Positions 39,971 through 51,900 of a stretch of 64,000 bases of DNA are shown piece by piece (position 1 is the first letter of the stretch; the number at the start of each line of letters is the position of its first letter). Below the pieces are notes generated by a model that was given only the letters and a program-made list of their open reading frames with translations, was not told the origin of the DNA and did no database searches. The stretch is from an uncultured Planctomycetaceae bacterium. GTDB lineage: Bacteria; Planctomycetota; Planctomycetia; Planctomycetales; Planctomycetaceae. The translations under genes were made by a program, and so were the position numbers. The stretch covers positions 124,001 to 188,000 of the forward strand of contig CAXBME010000006.1 in the NCBI GenBank assembly GCA_963976765.1. Reading direction: 5' to 3'.

Positions 39971-41098
39971 TCAGCAGCACCAGTGTCTGATGAGACGTGA
40001 ATATAGGTCCGTTCCTTTTTCGAGCTGCTCCAGCGCGATCCACTCATCGTGAGTATGAGCCTGAGCGATGCTGCCCGGACCGCAAACGACCAGCTTATTC
40101 AAGGCGGCCAGTTTTGCACCGTCCGTTCCGTACGACACTGTTTTCGCTTTTTCCTTACCGGCGACTTGAAGTACTTGCTGCACAAAGTCGCAATTCGGAT
40201 CGGTATAAACCGGGTCGCCGTTCACTGACACGACGAAGTCCAGCCCGTTTGCCTCAGCCGCCTGCCGGGCGCGTTCCAGCAGAATGTTACCGTCCTGGCC
40301 AGGCATCGGTCGAAAGTAGACCGTGCAGATGCTTTGCGGCGGCGTGATGTTTACGGCTTTCGTGTGATCATTGATGCCGATGTTCCAGGTGATTGTCGGC
40401 GGATCAAACTCGTGGTTGTACCAGTTAGTATCCGCTTCAGCTTCATCATGAATCTTCTTCATCTCGGTGAGAAACGGGATCATGGCCAGATTAGCGTTCA
40501 GACCTTCCCGCGTGCTGGAATGAGCCGCCTTGCCGCGCGAGGTGGCGACGAATCCAATGACGCCTTTGTGAGCATGGACAACTTCCAGAGACGTAGGCTC
40601 GCCGATAATTCCGTTGGCTTCGCCGGCCACCATTTCCTGAAACAGTTCGGATCGTGCGGCGACTTCTGCCGCCCCGCCGTAACCGATCTCTTCATCAGCC
40701 GTGCAGGTGATGTAAATCGGTGCGTTGAGGTCGCCTTCGGAAAACTGTTCGGCTGCCGCCAGCGCGCATGCAACAGAACCTTTCATGTCACATGAACCCC
40801 GCCCATAAAGACGATCGTCTTTGACAGTTGGTTGAAACGGTCCGTGATCTTTAAACAGCCACGGATCCGCAGGAACGACATCGGTATGCCCGAAATAAGC
40901 CATGCCACCGGGCCCCGATCCCTTCCGACCGACAACGCAGGCTTTGCAAATTCCGTTGGAGTCGTTGTAGTCAACGCGCTCGACAGTGAAGCCGAGCTTC
41001 TGAAGCTGCTGCTGGACATAGTCGGTCACGGCAACATTCGACAGCACACTGGTCGATTCGAACGAAACCAGTTGCTTTGCGTACTCAAGCGATTTCAT
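39971..41098 (-). CDS. argE: M20 family metallopeptidase, acetylornithine deacetylase-like
   Basis: GHTDVVP, GRGSCDMKG, DEEIG, GEPT, AHSS, GPGSIAQAHTHDE. Confidence 0.85.
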   Translation of the reverse strand: MKSLEYAKQLVSFESTSVLSNVAVTDYVQQQLQKLGFTVERVDYNDSNGICKACVVGRKGSGPGGMAYFGHTDVVPADPWLFKDHGPFQPTVKDDRLYGRGSCDMKGSVACALAAAEQFSEGDLNAPIYITCTADEEIGYGGAAEVAARSELFQEMVAGEANGIIGEPTSLEVVHAHKGVIGFVATSRGKAAHSSTREGLNANLAMIPFLTEMKKIHDEAEADTNWYNHEFDPPTITWNIGINDHTKAVNITPPQSICTVYFRPMPGQDGNILLERARQAAEANGLDFVVSVNGDPVYTDPNCDFVQQVLQVAGKEKAKTVSYGTDGAKLAALNKLVVCGPGSIAQAHTHDEWIALEQLEKGTDLYSRLIRHWCC

Positions 41099-41145
41099 CG
41101 TTTATGATCCCGGAAATTCGCGGCAACAACGACACGGGGAATGAA

Positions 41146-42024
41146 TTAAAGGACTCCGCGTAGATAGTCTCGCAACTGGTTTCCGTAGTCGGGGTCGGCA
41201 AGTGCGAAGTCGGCAAACGCTCTGAAATAGCTGCCGTAGTTGCCGATGTCGAACCGTCGCTCATCCGGAGGCAACACCAGGCCGATTCCCTTCGCTCCAC
41301 GTTTCAACAGGATGCGGATGGCGTCAGTCAACTGAATCTCTCCACCTTTACCAGGTTTGGTATCTTCGAGGGCTTCGAAGATCGCCGGGCTCAGAACGTA
41401 TCGAGAAGCGACGGCGTACGTGCTGGGAGCTTCCTCCACCGACGGCTTTTCGATCAGGTCTTCGAGCTCGAATCTGTCTCCAACAGCCCCGCGCGGTTTG
41501 GCGATTCCGTAGCGTACAACATCAGCCTTCGGCACTTCCTCAAAGGCGACCACGATGTCGGCTTTTGATGATTCGAACTCTTCCGTCATGCGCTGCACGA
41601 TGTCGGATTTCGCATTGATCCCGATGATCGAATCGCCCAGCGCAACGACAAACGGCTGACTGCCAACCAGAGACTTGGCACAAAGTACAGCGTGCCCCAG
41701 TCCAAGCTGACGCCGCTGACGCGTGTAAAAATACTCGACGTCACGGCGTTCGAAATCAAGTTGCTGGAGTTCTTCTTCCCGACCAGTTTCGCGAAGGTGA
41801 GTGATCAGCCGCTCATCGGTATCGAAATGGTTTTCGATCGACGTCTTGCTGGCTCCCGTAATAAAGAGCAGCCGATTGATTCCCGACTGGGTCAATTCCT
41901 CGACCACATACTGAACAACCGGCTTCCGTCCAACCGGAAGCATCTCCTTCGGTTGAGATTTCGTTGCCGGCAAAAGACGTGTTCCCATACCAGCGACGGG
42001 GACAACAGCGATGTCAATGCTCAT
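41146..42024 (-). CDS. galU: UTP--glucose-1-phosphate uridylyltransferase
   Basis: PVAGMGTRLLPATKSQPKEMLP, GLGHAV, EKP, GEIQLTDAI. Confidence 0.93.
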   Translation of the reverse strand: MSIDIAVVPVAGMGTRLLPATKSQPKEMLPVGRKPVVQYVVEELTQSGINRLLFITGASKTSIENHFDTDERLITHLRETGREEELQQLDFERRDVEYFYTRQRRQLGLGHAVLCAKSLVGSQPFVVALGDSIIGINAKSDIVQRMTEEFESSKADIVVAFEEVPKADVVRYGIAKPRGAVGDRFELEDLIEKPSVEEAPSTYAVASRYVLSPAIFEALEDTKPGKGGEIQLTDAIRILLKRGAKGIGLVLPPDERRFDIGNYGSYFRAFADFALADPDYGNQLRDYLRGVL

Positions 42025-42088
42025 GGCCAGAGAGTTTCCCGGTGGTTGGTGGGCGTGCTGAAATCACGTCGCGGTAACGCTTCAATAT

Positions 42089-43006
42089 CTATCCAATGAG
42101 TTCACGCAGCTTATCGACATAAGCCGGGATTTCTTCGTAAGGTTTGGCTTCTTCGTATTCGAGAACGACGTAACCGCGGTAGCTGGCGGCTCGAAGAATT
42201 TCGACCATCCGCTTCAGGTCGGCTTCCCTGTGCTCGTTATCGGGAGTCTTGAGTGCCACCTTGATCTGAGCGTTCACTGCGTACGGGGCGATTTTTCCGA
42301 GGTCGCCGTAAGGATCTTTCGTACGGAAATTTCCGCTGTCATAATTGACGCCGAACCATTTCGAATCTTTGACACGTTCGACGATCGACAGCAGTTGCTC
42401 AGGTGTCGCCGTGATGCCGCCGTGATTTTCCAGTGCCAGCAGGACTCCTTTTTCGGCAGCGTAGTCCAGGCTTTCATTGATGCCGGCCACACAAAGATCG
42501 AGAGCCTCTTCTTCAGTGCCGCCTTTGGGAACTTTGCCGGCAAAGATTCGGATGACGGGTGCGCCCATAACGGCTGCATGGTCGATCCAGTCCCGACAAA
42601 GCTTGAGCTGAGCCTGTCGTTGCTCACCTTCCGGCAGACAGAAGTCGTTGCCGATCGCCGTCCCGGAAATATCGAGTCCCAGCCGAAACGTCTGCTCTTT
42701 CAGATTGAGCAGATACTCTCGCGACGGTTCTTCGGGGAAGTAGTACGACGTCAGCTCGGTACCGTCGAGATTCAGTTTCGCGCAGTAGTCGACGAAATCT
42801 TCGAGCGTCATCTCTCCCTTCTGGCCTCGACCTGGGCGAGGCAGCATTCGATTGAACGAGTAAGCAGCAAGACTCAGCTTCATGTGCGAAGCACCGTTTC
42901 GAACGGGGGCCTTTGCGGCGTTCACGTCTGTACCTGAAACAGCAACTGCTGATCCGGTCAGCGTGGCGACACCACCGGCGATAAATCCACGTCGTGAAAT
43001 GTTCAT
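42089..43006 (-). CDS. Tat-exported sugar phosphate isomerase/epimerase (xylose isomerase-like TIM barrel)
   Basis: SRRGFI twin-arginine signal; ELTSYY, IRIFAG, LENHGG, DSGNF, LEYE motifs. Confidence 0.88.
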   Translation of the reverse strand: MNISRRGFIAGGVATLTGSAVAVSGTDVNAAKAPVRNGASHMKLSLAAYSFNRMLPRPGRGQKGEMTLEDFVDYCAKLNLDGTELTSYYFPEEPSREYLLNLKEQTFRLGLDISGTAIGNDFCLPEGEQRQAQLKLCRDWIDHAAVMGAPVIRIFAGKVPKGGTEEEALDLCVAGINESLDYAAEKGVLLALENHGGITATPEQLLSIVERVKDSKWFGVNYDSGNFRTKDPYGDLGKIAPYAVNAQIKVALKTPDNEHREADLKRMVEILRAASYRGYVVLEYEEAKPYEEIPAYVDKLRELIG

Positions 43007-43141
43007 GATTGAAGTCTCCATCGTGTTGAGCGGTCAGTGTCTGGGCGGAAGCAACGCGATTAAAGAATCGAGAAACGATTTCGGTCCTGGATTTCAGGAA
43101 TCCGTTCGAAATAAATTCTCTGAGTTGGCCATCAGAATCCG

Positions 43142-43207
43142 CTAACCACAGGGGCACAGAGGAAAAGGCTCCTGAAAATCTCTGAGTCTCCGTGCCTCTG
43201 TGGCTAG
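43142..43207. repeat. Imperfect inverted repeat (REP-like)
   Basis: ctaaccacaggggcacagag 43142-43161 vs ctccgtgcctctgtggctag 43188-43207, 17/20 complementary. Confidence 0.7.
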
Positions 43208-43234
43208 AATCCGCGAGTTATCCGAAACAGGACT

Positions 43235-44539
43235 TCAGATATCTTCACCACCCGCTGGCGGCCCCTGAACTTTCCGCTTCACTCGCAAAGGCAGGCCGTG
43301 GAGGCGGATGAAGCCGGCTGCGTCTTCCTGTCGGTAGCTTTCGTCCTGACCGTCCATCGTTGCGACGGCTTCGTCGTAGAGACTGTATGGCGAGCGGCGG
43401 CCTTCGATAAAGACGTTGCCTTTGTAAAGTGCGACACGGGTTTCCCCGGTGACGAACTTCTGCGTCGTCTGAGTAAACGCTCGCTGAGCTTCTGCAACCG
43501 GATCGAACCAGTAGCCGTTGTAAACCAGCGCGGCGAAGTCGGCCAGACGCCGTTCTTTCTCGTTGATCACGCTGCCGGTCAGTGTCAGACCTTCCAGATC
43601 GCGGTGAGCTTCCAGCAGAACCGTGTGGCCAGGAGCGTGGTATTCGCCGCGTGACTTCATGCCGACGTAACGGGTTTCGACCATGCCCAGCGATCCAACC
43701 CCGTTTCGAGCGGCGGCTTCGTCGACATATTCGAAGACAGGCAGCAGACCTTCCGCCAGTGTGTCGGCGGGTTCTGCAATTTCGATATCGATCTCTTCAA
43801 ATTTGCCAGGCTTCGTGACGCACGAACTGACTTTCACGGGAACGCCGGCTTCCCAGTGGATGATGAACCGCTCGACTTCGTCCGGAGCTTTTGTCGGATG
43901 CACCATGCGTTCGAAGATTTCCTCCGGAGCCGTCACCCATGGATCTTCCAGCACGCCAGCTTCGTACGAGATGTGCAGCAGGTTGTCGTCGGATGACCAC
44001 GGTTTCGATCGACTGGCTTTGGCTTCCAGACCGTGCTTCTCGACATAGTCGAGCATCGTTTTTCGACCGGCTGCAAACTGTTCGATGAAGTCGGTGGTTT
44101 TCCAGGGAGCCAGGATTTTGAGATCCGCATCCAGAGCCTGGTAGCCCAGTTCGAAGCGAACCTGATCATTGCCTTTGCCGGTCGCTCCGTGACAGACCGT
44201 GTTGGCTCCGTGTTCGTGAGCGATCCTGACATGATGCTTTGCGATCAGCGGTCGAGCGATCGACGTGCCCAGCAGGTAGCGACCTTCGTAGACACTGTTC
44301 GAATGAAGACACGGCAGGAAGTAATCCTGCAGGAATTCTTCACGAGCATCGACGGCAACGTAAGTCGACGCGCCGTTTCGTTTGGCTCGTTCGCCGATCT
44401 CGTCGAGATCCTCCACCTGCTGGCCAATATCCAGCAGGTAGCAGATGACCTCGTAGCCCTGCTCGGCCAGCCAGTGAAGGATGACGGTTGTGTCCAGCCC
44501 GCCAGAATACGCGAGTACAATTTTGCCTTTGTCCGCCAT
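43235..44539 (-). CDS. argG: Argininosuccinate synthase
   Basis: LAYSGGLDT, YLLGTSIARP, HGATGKGNDQVRFE, DDNLLHISYE, GMKSRG. Confidence 0.97.
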   Translation of the reverse strand: MADKGKIVLAYSGGLDTTVILHWLAEQGYEVICYLLDIGQQVEDLDEIGERAKRNGASTYVAVDAREEFLQDYFLPCLHSNSVYEGRYLLGTSIARPLIAKHHVRIAHEHGANTVCHGATGKGNDQVRFELGYQALDADLKILAPWKTTDFIEQFAAGRKTMLDYVEKHGLEAKASRSKPWSSDDNLLHISYEAGVLEDPWVTAPEEIFERMVHPTKAPDEVERFIIHWEAGVPVKVSSCVTKPGKFEEIDIEIAEPADTLAEGLLPVFEYVDEAAARNGVGSLGMVETRYVGMKSRGEYHAPGHTVLLEAHRDLEGLTLTGSVINEKERRLADFAALVYNGYWFDPVAEAQRAFTQTTQKFVTGETRVALYKGNVFIEGRRSPYSLYDEAVATMDGQDESYRQEDAAGFIRLHGLPLRVKRKVQGPPAGGEDI

Positions 44540-44905
44540 CGGTTTGCCTCAAACTGCAAGTCGTTGTGTTTCGTGAAATCAGACAATTGCGGCCCGAAGT
44601 CCAGACGTTCTCGCGAGCTTCGAAGTTCGCTGGCCTTGTGAACTCTGTCGAAAAGCGATCACTGCTAAGTGCCCGTTGTCTGTCTGCACGAGAGTTTAAG
44701 GTCTTGCACTGAGATCGGGAATCGAGTCTGCGGCGCACAGTTTCCCGGGCAAATCGACGAAGATCTGAGGGAACCCTGCCGAGCCGACCCACACGCCCGC
44801 GATGCAGCCGTCTTTATGACGGGGTGCGACTCGACTTCCCACATTCCAACGTAATCTGAAGGTGCGGCGAGACGTGTGACTGACTGAAAGCTTTCGCGGG
44901 CACCT

Positions 44906-47221
44906 TTACATCCGCAGCACCTGAGCAGCGCAGGCTTTGTAGGATGGTTGCTTTGAGTAGGGGTCGAAGACGGCGTCGGTCAGCTGATTGACCTCTTCGT
45001 AGTGCATCGGCAGAAAAATCTGGCCGGGTTGCACGTTCGGCGTAACGAAGGCGGTGGCACGGAGTCTACCACGTTGGGACATGACGATGACGGTGTCCTG
45101 AGGTTTGATGCCTCGTTTGCGGGCGTCGGTCGGGTTGATCTCGACGTATAGCTTTGCCGGGTACAGCTTCTTCAGTACGGCAGACTTTGAGGTTCGCGTC
45201 TGAGTGTGCCACTGCGAGGCCGTGCCTCGTCCTGTCAACAGAATCAGCGGGAATTGCGACGAAGGCTGCTCGGGCATGGGTCTGGGCTCTTCGAACAGAA
45301 ACTTCGCGCGACCATCTGCGTGGTAGAAGCGTCCATCTTCGAACAGGCGACGCTCGGCAGAGGTCGGAAATCGGAACGTGGAAATCGGGGAGTCGCAGCC
45401 GTCTGTTCCGACTTCCGCGTTCCCATCTTCGACTTCGTAAAAAGGCCATTGCACGCCGCCCATTTCGTCGAGCATACGATAATCGTCGATCCCAGTGATA
45501 TCGCATGGCTGGTCGGCGGAAAGTTGTTTGAGAAGCTGGAAGACCGCCTCGGGAGAACTCCACTTTTCGAACATTTTTCCGACACCCCAGTATTCGGCGA
45601 TCAGTCGGAAGATCGAGAAATCAGACAACGCATCGCCAGGAGCCTTGCGGACTTTCTTCAACACGCCGATGCGGCGTTCCGAATTGATGAACGTCCCTTC
45701 TTTCTCGCCCCAGCCGGCCGCGGGCAGAACGAGGTCCGCCATCTGAGCGGTTTCTGTCGTGTGGTACATGTCCTGCACGACGAGAAAATCCAGCCGCTCC
45801 AGGATGTCTCGACATTGAGTCTGATTGATCCATGAGTGCGCCGGGTTGGTGCAGATGACCCACAGACCTTTGATTTTGCCTCGCAGGATACCTTCGATGA
45901 TTTCGTGATAGGCCCACGAAGGTTCGCGCGGGATTTGCTCAGGGGCAATTTCGAGGATGTCTGAAACTTTCCTGCGGTGCTCTTCGTTGGCGAAGTCGTG
46001 ACCGCCCAGCAGGTTGGTTGTGTTGCTGAAAAGCCGCGAGCCCATCGCGTTACACTGGCCGGTGATCGAATTGGCTCCCGTTCCTGGTCGGCCAATATTT
46101 CCGGTCATCAGAGCCAGATTGATAATGGCCTGAGCCGTGCGGACTCCCTGGTAGCTCTGATTGACGCCCATCGTCCACCAGAAGGAAACACGCTTGCCGG
46201 AATGAATGGTCTCGGCCAGACGCTGAACCTGCTCTGGAGCCAGCCCGGTCTCTGCTTCGACGCGTTCCGGAGTGAACTGCTGGACATACTCGGCGAACTC
46301 AGTGAACCCGCTTGTGCTTTGCTCAATGAAAGAGTCATCAACCCAGTCGTTCTCGATGAGGATTCTGGCGATGCCGTACAGCAGTGCCTGATCTGACTTC
46401 GGAGCCAGCGGCAAATGCTGCGTCGCCTGCATGGCGGTTTCGGTCATGCGAGGATCGATGACGACGATCTGCGGGCTATGCGGGTTCCGCATAACACGCT
46501 CCCACATGATCGGATGAGCGATGCACAGATTGCTGCCGACCAGCACGATGACGTCGGACTCTTCAAAATCCTGATACGTGTAAGGCGGCGCATCGAAGCC
46601 GAACGACTGTTTGTACGCGACGACCGACGTTGCCATGCACTGTCGAGTGTTGCCATCTCCGTGCAGAATGCCCATGCCGAATTTAGTTAATGCACCGAGC
46701 AGAGCCATTTCTTCCGTGGGGATCTGCCCGGTGCTGAGAAACGCCACAGACTCCGTTCCGTGACGGTGCTGAATTTCTTTGAAGCGGTCGGTGAAAGTTC
46801 TGAGTGCGGTGTCCCAGTCGGTCGGGACGAGTTTACCCGCTGCGTCTTTCATCAGCGGTCGCGTGGCTCGATCCGGGGAATCGAGCACGGTGAGCGCTTC
46901 CCAACCTTTCGGACAGGCCATGCCCAGATTGACCGGGTATTCCGTGGCTGGAGTCAGGCTGACTGCTTCGCCATTTTTGAGATGAATGTTGAGTCCGCAC
47001 CCGGTCGAGCAGTACCCACATGTCATCGTGGTCGTGGCATCCGGTTTCGACTTCGCCGGAACATGGCCAAGTCCGAAACCGCCAGGTTCGAGCAGCAACT
47101 CGCGCGTCAGGTGCCCGTCACGCTGGTGCATGAACGCCGGCAGTCGCGATTCCTGTACGACGGGCAGTTCGAACTCATCGGCTTCGGATAAGTCAACGTC
47201 TTCAACGAGGTCGGTCGACAT
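44906..47221 (-). CDS. Assimilatory-type nitrate reductase catalytic subunit (NasA/NarB-like Mo-bisPGD enzyme)
   Basis: CGYCSTGC...CPKG [4Fe-4S], [29 protein letters not shown]...WHTQTRT, DPYSKQP; no Tat signal; operon with nirB and narK. Confidence 0.9.
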   Translation of the reverse strand: MSTDLVEDVDLSEADEFELPVVQESRLPAFMHQRDGHLTRELLLEPGGFGLGHVPAKSKPDATTTMTCGYCSTGCGLNIHLKNGEAVSLTPATEYPVNLGMACPKGWEALTVLDSPDRATRPLMKDAAGKLVPTDWDTALRTFTDRFKEIQHRHGTESVAFLSTGQIPTEEMALLGALTKFGMGILHGDGNTRQCMATSVVAYKQSFGFDAPPYTYQDFEESDVIVLVGSNLCIAHPIMWERVMRNPHSPQIVVIDPRMTETAMQATQHLPLAPKSDQALLYGIARILIENDWVDDSFIEQSTSGFTEFAEYVQQFTPERVEAETGLAPEQVQRLAETIHSGKRVSFWWTMGVNQSYQGVRTAQAIINLALMTGNIGRPGTGANSITGQCNAMGSRLFSNTTNLLGGHDFANEEHRRKVSDILEIAPEQIPREPSWAYHEIIEGILRGKIKGLWVICTNPAHSWINQTQCRDILERLDFLVVQDMYHTTETAQMADLVLPAAGWGEKEGTFINSERRIGVLKKVRKAPGDALSDFSIFRLIAEYWGVGKMFEKWSSPEAVFQLLKQLSADQPCDITGIDDYRMLDEMGGVQWPFYEVEDGNAEVGTDGCDSPISTFRFPTSAERRLFEDGRFYHADGRAKFLFEEPRPMPEQPSSQFPLILLTGRGTASQWHTQTRTSKSAVLKKLYPAKLYVEINPTDARKRGIKPQDTVIVMSQRGRLRATAFVTPNVQPGQIFLPMHYEEVNQLTDAVFDPYSKQPSYKACAAQVLRM

Positions 47222-47227
47222 GACACA

Positions 47228-48961
47228 TTAACTCCTGAGTGAACCGGGCATCCGCGGCGAAGCAACTGCAGCAAAGAAGAGGTAGCGTTCGAGCAGTTCG
47301 CCAGCCAGGCACGCGATAAACAGCATGCCCGTCACAATGATCAGAAAGACGGGATCCTGCGGAGCCTGAGAGGTCGCTTTAAGAAGCAGTGCCGGCATGG
47401 CGAGACCTCCCAGAACTCCGCAGGCAAATCGTGCGATCGTCACGCTGGCCAGCGAACCGGTCATAAGAAGAGCCGACCGTTTCATCGGAGTTGTCTGGCG
47501 ACTGAGAAGCGGACGAAGCAGGTTCGCTTCGAACAGTAGTTTCAGACCGGCGATGATCATCAATGACTGACAAATACTGCGGCCATAAGTTTCAATGATC
47601 TCCGAGACACGACTCGACTGATCGCTGTTACCAAACATCGACACAAACAACAGAGTCAGCCACACAGCCGCGACACCCAGCAGGCACATGGTCAGCCCAA
47701 AACGGATCGATGACTGGCTGAAGCTCCAGAACTCTCGTCGCGTGAAGGCGTAGATCATGACCGAGCAGAACACACCAACCAGTCCCGAAACGGCAACGCT
47801 CCACCCAAGCCACGACTGAAAGAGCTCGCTGTCAACAATCAACGAGGGACCGAACCAGTTGCCGGCAGCGTAGAGGATGGCCAGTTTGGCGAAGATTCCG
47901 AACGCGACGATTTCTCGACTGAGCCACGAATGTCGCAGGCCGATGACCGCCCGCCACGCATACTGCGGACGCCCCAGATGCAGCGTGCTCGACGCCAGTG
48001 CCAGCAAACCAAAGACGAGTGCGCTTAGCGAATGAACCGGCCGCATCGCCGAAATGAGCGTTTCGTCGAGGAATCGCTCTAGAACCAGTCCGGAAATGAA
48101 TGCTCCGACCGAAAGTTGAGTCAGCACCAGCATGATGATCAGCGGCCAGTGCGGATGCTGCGCGGACACCGAGTGGTAATCAGCCGGCAACAGGTTTCGC
48201 GGGAAGACGCGCTTCGTACGGTAAGTCGTCGTCGGAAGAGTGATATGTGGTTCGGGGGCAGCCGGTAGAAAACGATCGGCTTCTGAGTCTTCGATGACCT
48301 GCTCGCGATCGACGATGCGGATCGAGATCGCTTCGTGCGGACACGACTGCACGCAGGCCGGTGCCTCACCCGCCGAAAGCCGGTCCGAGCACATGTCGCA
48401 CTTCCGAACAATGCCCTTCTGTTTGTGATATTTCGGCACGTCGTACGGACAGGCCAGCGTGCAGTACTGACAGCCGAAACACTGATCGTCGAGATGTTTG
48501 ACGATGCCCGTAATCGGATTTTTCTCGTACGCGTCAACAGGGCAGGCCGTCATGCAACCCGGCTCAAGACAATGGTGACACGCCGTTGTCACATGCTGCA
48601 TGACCGGGTTGGCACTCGTGCCTCCGACAAGTAATCCAACATCGCGCCAGGTTTCGGTTTCATCCAGCCCGTTCAGAGAATGACACGCCGTCACACAGGC
48701 CTTGCACCCCGAACACGCATCCAGGTCGACGTCAAAAGCGTACTGCTGCCCTGGCCCCGGAGCCGTCGCAGGAATCAGTGACGAGTAGTATCTCGACTGA
48801 GCCGGCGCAGCCTGATCGTTGTAAACCTGAGAAAACTGTTCGACCGCCGTCAGCTCCTGCTGATCCGCCAGCAGACGTTCGAGTAACGTTGGCCCCGGTT
48901 CTTCGGCGATTGGGGTATCCGCCCGCAAGATAGCCGCGTCATTGATCGTGGCTTGTGTCAT
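47228..48961 (-). CDS. DmsB-like four-cluster ferredoxin fused to DmsC/YnfH-type membrane anchor
   Basis: CSGCKACVTAC, CHHCLEPGCMTAC, CFGCQYCTLACP, KCDMC..PACVQSCP; then WPLIIM, HLGRP, SWLSREI, ELLERYLFF with ~8 TMs. Confidence 0.9.
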   Translation of the reverse strand: MTQATINDAAILRADTPIAEEPGPTLLERLLADQQELTAVEQFSQVYNDQAAPAQSRYYSSLIPATAPGPGQQYAFDVDLDACSGCKACVTACHSLNGLDETETWRDVGLLVGGTSANPVMQHVTTACHHCLEPGCMTACPVDAYEKNPITGIVKHLDDQCFGCQYCTLACPYDVPKYHKQKGIVRKCDMCSDRLSAGEAPACVQSCPHEAISIRIVDREQVIEDSEADRFLPAAPEPHITLPTTTYRTKRVFPRNLLPADYHSVSAQHPHWPLIIMLVLTQLSVGAFISGLVLERFLDETLISAMRPVHSLSALVFGLLALASSTLHLGRPQYAWRAVIGLRHSWLSREIVAFGIFAKLAILYAAGNWFGPSLIVDSELFQSWLGWSVAVSGLVGVFCSVMIYAFTRREFWSFSQSSIRFGLTMCLLGVAAVWLTLLFVSMFGNSDQSSRVSEIIETYGRSICQSLMIIAGLKLLFEANLLRPLLSRQTTPMKRSALLMTGSLASVTIARFACGVLGGLAMPALLLKATSQAPQDPVFLIIVTGMLFIACLAGELLERYLFFAAVASPRMPGSLRS

Positions 48962-48962
48962 T

Positions 48963-51900
48963 TCACACGCCCACTGTCTCATGAGATTTTGTCAGACACG
49001 ACGTGGCCATGCGGCAGCCGATTTCTGTGGCGAGCAGTTCGTCGAGGATTTCGGTAGGCGGAAGTTCCAGAAAAACGTTTCCGTCTTCGACTTTTACCGG
49101 GAAGGTACGGATGTCGTAGTCTTCGCCCTGGAGCGACTTTCCAGTTTCCAGCGAGAACGTCTTCTTATGCAGCGGGCAGGCGACTTTCGGCGTGCCGGAC
49201 TGATCGCCGACGATTCCGCGCGACAGGACAAACGCTTTCTTGTGCGGGCACATGTTCTGCGAGGCGTACCATTCGCCTCGACTGGAGAAGTTGAACACCG
49301 CGATCTGCGACTTCCCGTATTTGATTGTCGCTCCGCCGTCGTGCGGAAAGTTTTCGACCGTGCCGACCTGGACCCACCGAGTCTGCGCCATGAGATTCGC
49401 ACCGTCGCCGTTTAACAGTGTCTCTTCCCGCTCTTTCAGCTCGCCGAAAAATTCCAGCGAAGTCAGTTCGTCATTCCAGTCCGCAGGGCGGGATTGATCA
49501 CGCTGCGAAACGAACTCGATGACCGGCTCTTCTTCTTCGGTGTTGACGAACTGGCGGAAGCGAGCTCGCTGAGCAGGATCGTTGACCACGCGAGTCCACT
49601 CGCACTGGTAGTTGTCGATCAGATTCTGCATCTGAGCTTCCAGCTCACCGCACAGCCCGAGCGAATCTTCGATGATGACTTCGCGCAGGTGATCAAGTCC
49701 GCCTTCGAGCTTTTCCAGCCAGACGCTGGTTCGGGTGAGCTTGTCAGCCGTCGAGATGTAGTACATCAGCAGTCTGTCGATGTACTTAATAGCGGTTTCT
49801 TCATCAATATCCGCCGCGAACAGATCGGCATGGCGAGGGGTTGCTCCGCCGTTACCACACACGTAAAGGTTGTAGCCGTTGTCAGTCGCCACAAGCCCGA
49901 CGTCTTTGCCTTGAGCCTCCGCACACTCTCGAACACAGCCGGAAACGGCCATCTTGATCTTGTGCGGCGAACGGACGCCCTTGTATCGATTTTCAATCCG
50001 AATCGCGAAACCGACCGAATCCTGCACACCGTAACGGCACCAGGTGGAACCAACGCAACTCTTCACGGTCCGCAGCGATTTTCCGTACGCGTGGCCGCTT
50101 TCGAATCCGGCATCGATGAGACGTTCCCAGATGTCGGGGAGATCCTGCACGTTGGCGCCGAACATGTCGATGCGCTGCCCGCCGGTGATCTTGGTGTAAA
50201 GGCCGTACTTCTTCGCGGTTTCACCGATGACGACCAGTTTGTCAGGAGTGATCTCACCGCCCGGCACGCGGGGCACGACCGAGTAAGAACCACCTCGTTG
50301 AACGTTGGCCAGAAATCGATCGTTCGTGTCCTGAAGCGTCTGGTGAGCATCCTCAAGAATATTTTCGTTCCAGAGTGACGCCAGAATAGAAGTCACTGCC
50401 GGCTTGCAGATTTCGCAACCGTTGCCCTGTCCGCATTCGGCCATGACCTGTGAGAACGTTTCCAGCCTCTTCACTTTCACGATGGCAAACAGTTCGGAGC
50501 GTGAATACGCGAAGTGCTCACACAGATGGTTGGTGACTTCTTTGCCAGCCCTGGCCATTTCCGAGTTGAACAGGTCAGTGACAAGCGGCATGCAGCCACC
50601 GCAGCCGGTACCGGCTTTTGTGCACATCTTCACGGCACCAACCGAGTCGAGTTCTCCGTCGCAGATTGCTTTGCAGATGTCGCCTTTCGTGACGTTGTTG
50701 CAAGAACAAATCTGCGCCGCGTCCGGCATGCCGTCGATGTTGTCAAGCGGTGCTCCACTGCTGGAACCAACGATCAACTCGTGCGGTGCACATGGCAAGT
50801 CCTGATCGGCTTTGCTCATCATCATCAGCGTGCCGTACTCAGCGGCGTCACCTACCAGAATTCCGCCGAGCAGACGCTTGCCATCAAGACTGAACAGGAG
50901 CTTCTTGTAGACACCCGAAAAAGGCTCTTCGAACGAAAGCGGCGTCGCTTTGTCTGGACCGGATTCGTAATCGCCGAAGCTGGCCACATCCACGCCCATC
51001 AGTTTGAGCTTGGTCGACAGGTCGGTTCCGTTGAAATGCCGATCGCCGCCGGTCAGATTTGCAGCGACTGCCTCGGCCATGTCATAGCCAGGAGCCACCA
51101 GACCGTAGACCATCCCGCCATGCAGAGCACATTCACCGATCGCGTAGATGTCCGGGTCGGACGTCTGCAGTCGATCGTTGACCTGAATACCGCCCCGCTC
51201 GCCGACTTCAAGATCAGATTCACGAGCGATTTCGTCTCGCGGACGAATTCCGGTGGAAACGATGATCATGTCGACGTCGAGTGTTGAATCATCGTTGAAC
51301 GTCATCTGCTCAACATGGCCATCGCCGCTGATTTCTTTGGTGCCCTTGTTCAAGAGGACATTGACGCCGAGCGCTTCGATTTTCTTGACCAGAATTCGAG
51401 AACCTGCATCGTCAATCTGTCGCGGCATCAGCCGACCGTTGTACTCGATGACGCTCGTCTCAAGACCCAGATCCAGCGCTGCCTTCGCCGCTTCGAGCCC
51501 CAACAAGCCTCCACCGATGACGGCGCACCGTTTCGACTTTTTTGAATATTCGATGATGTGTTCGAGATCTTCGATCGTCCGGTAGACAAAGACGCCTCTC
51601 TTATCGACTCCCGGAATGGGCGGCACGAACGGGTATGACCCTGTCGCGATGACCACCGAGTCGTAGGCGATCTCGATGCCCTTCGTCGAACGAACGACCT
51701 TGTCGTCACGGTCGATTTCCGACGCTCGGTCCCCGAGATGAAGCTCGACGCCGTTCTGCTTATACCACTCCATTCGCGCGAGCATTAACTTCTGAGCATC
51801 GCGGTGGGCGAAGAACGACGTCAGACCGACTCGGTCATAGGCAGCTCGCGGCTCTTCGCAGAACGTCACAATGCGATACTGCTTCGCCGTGTCGAACTCG

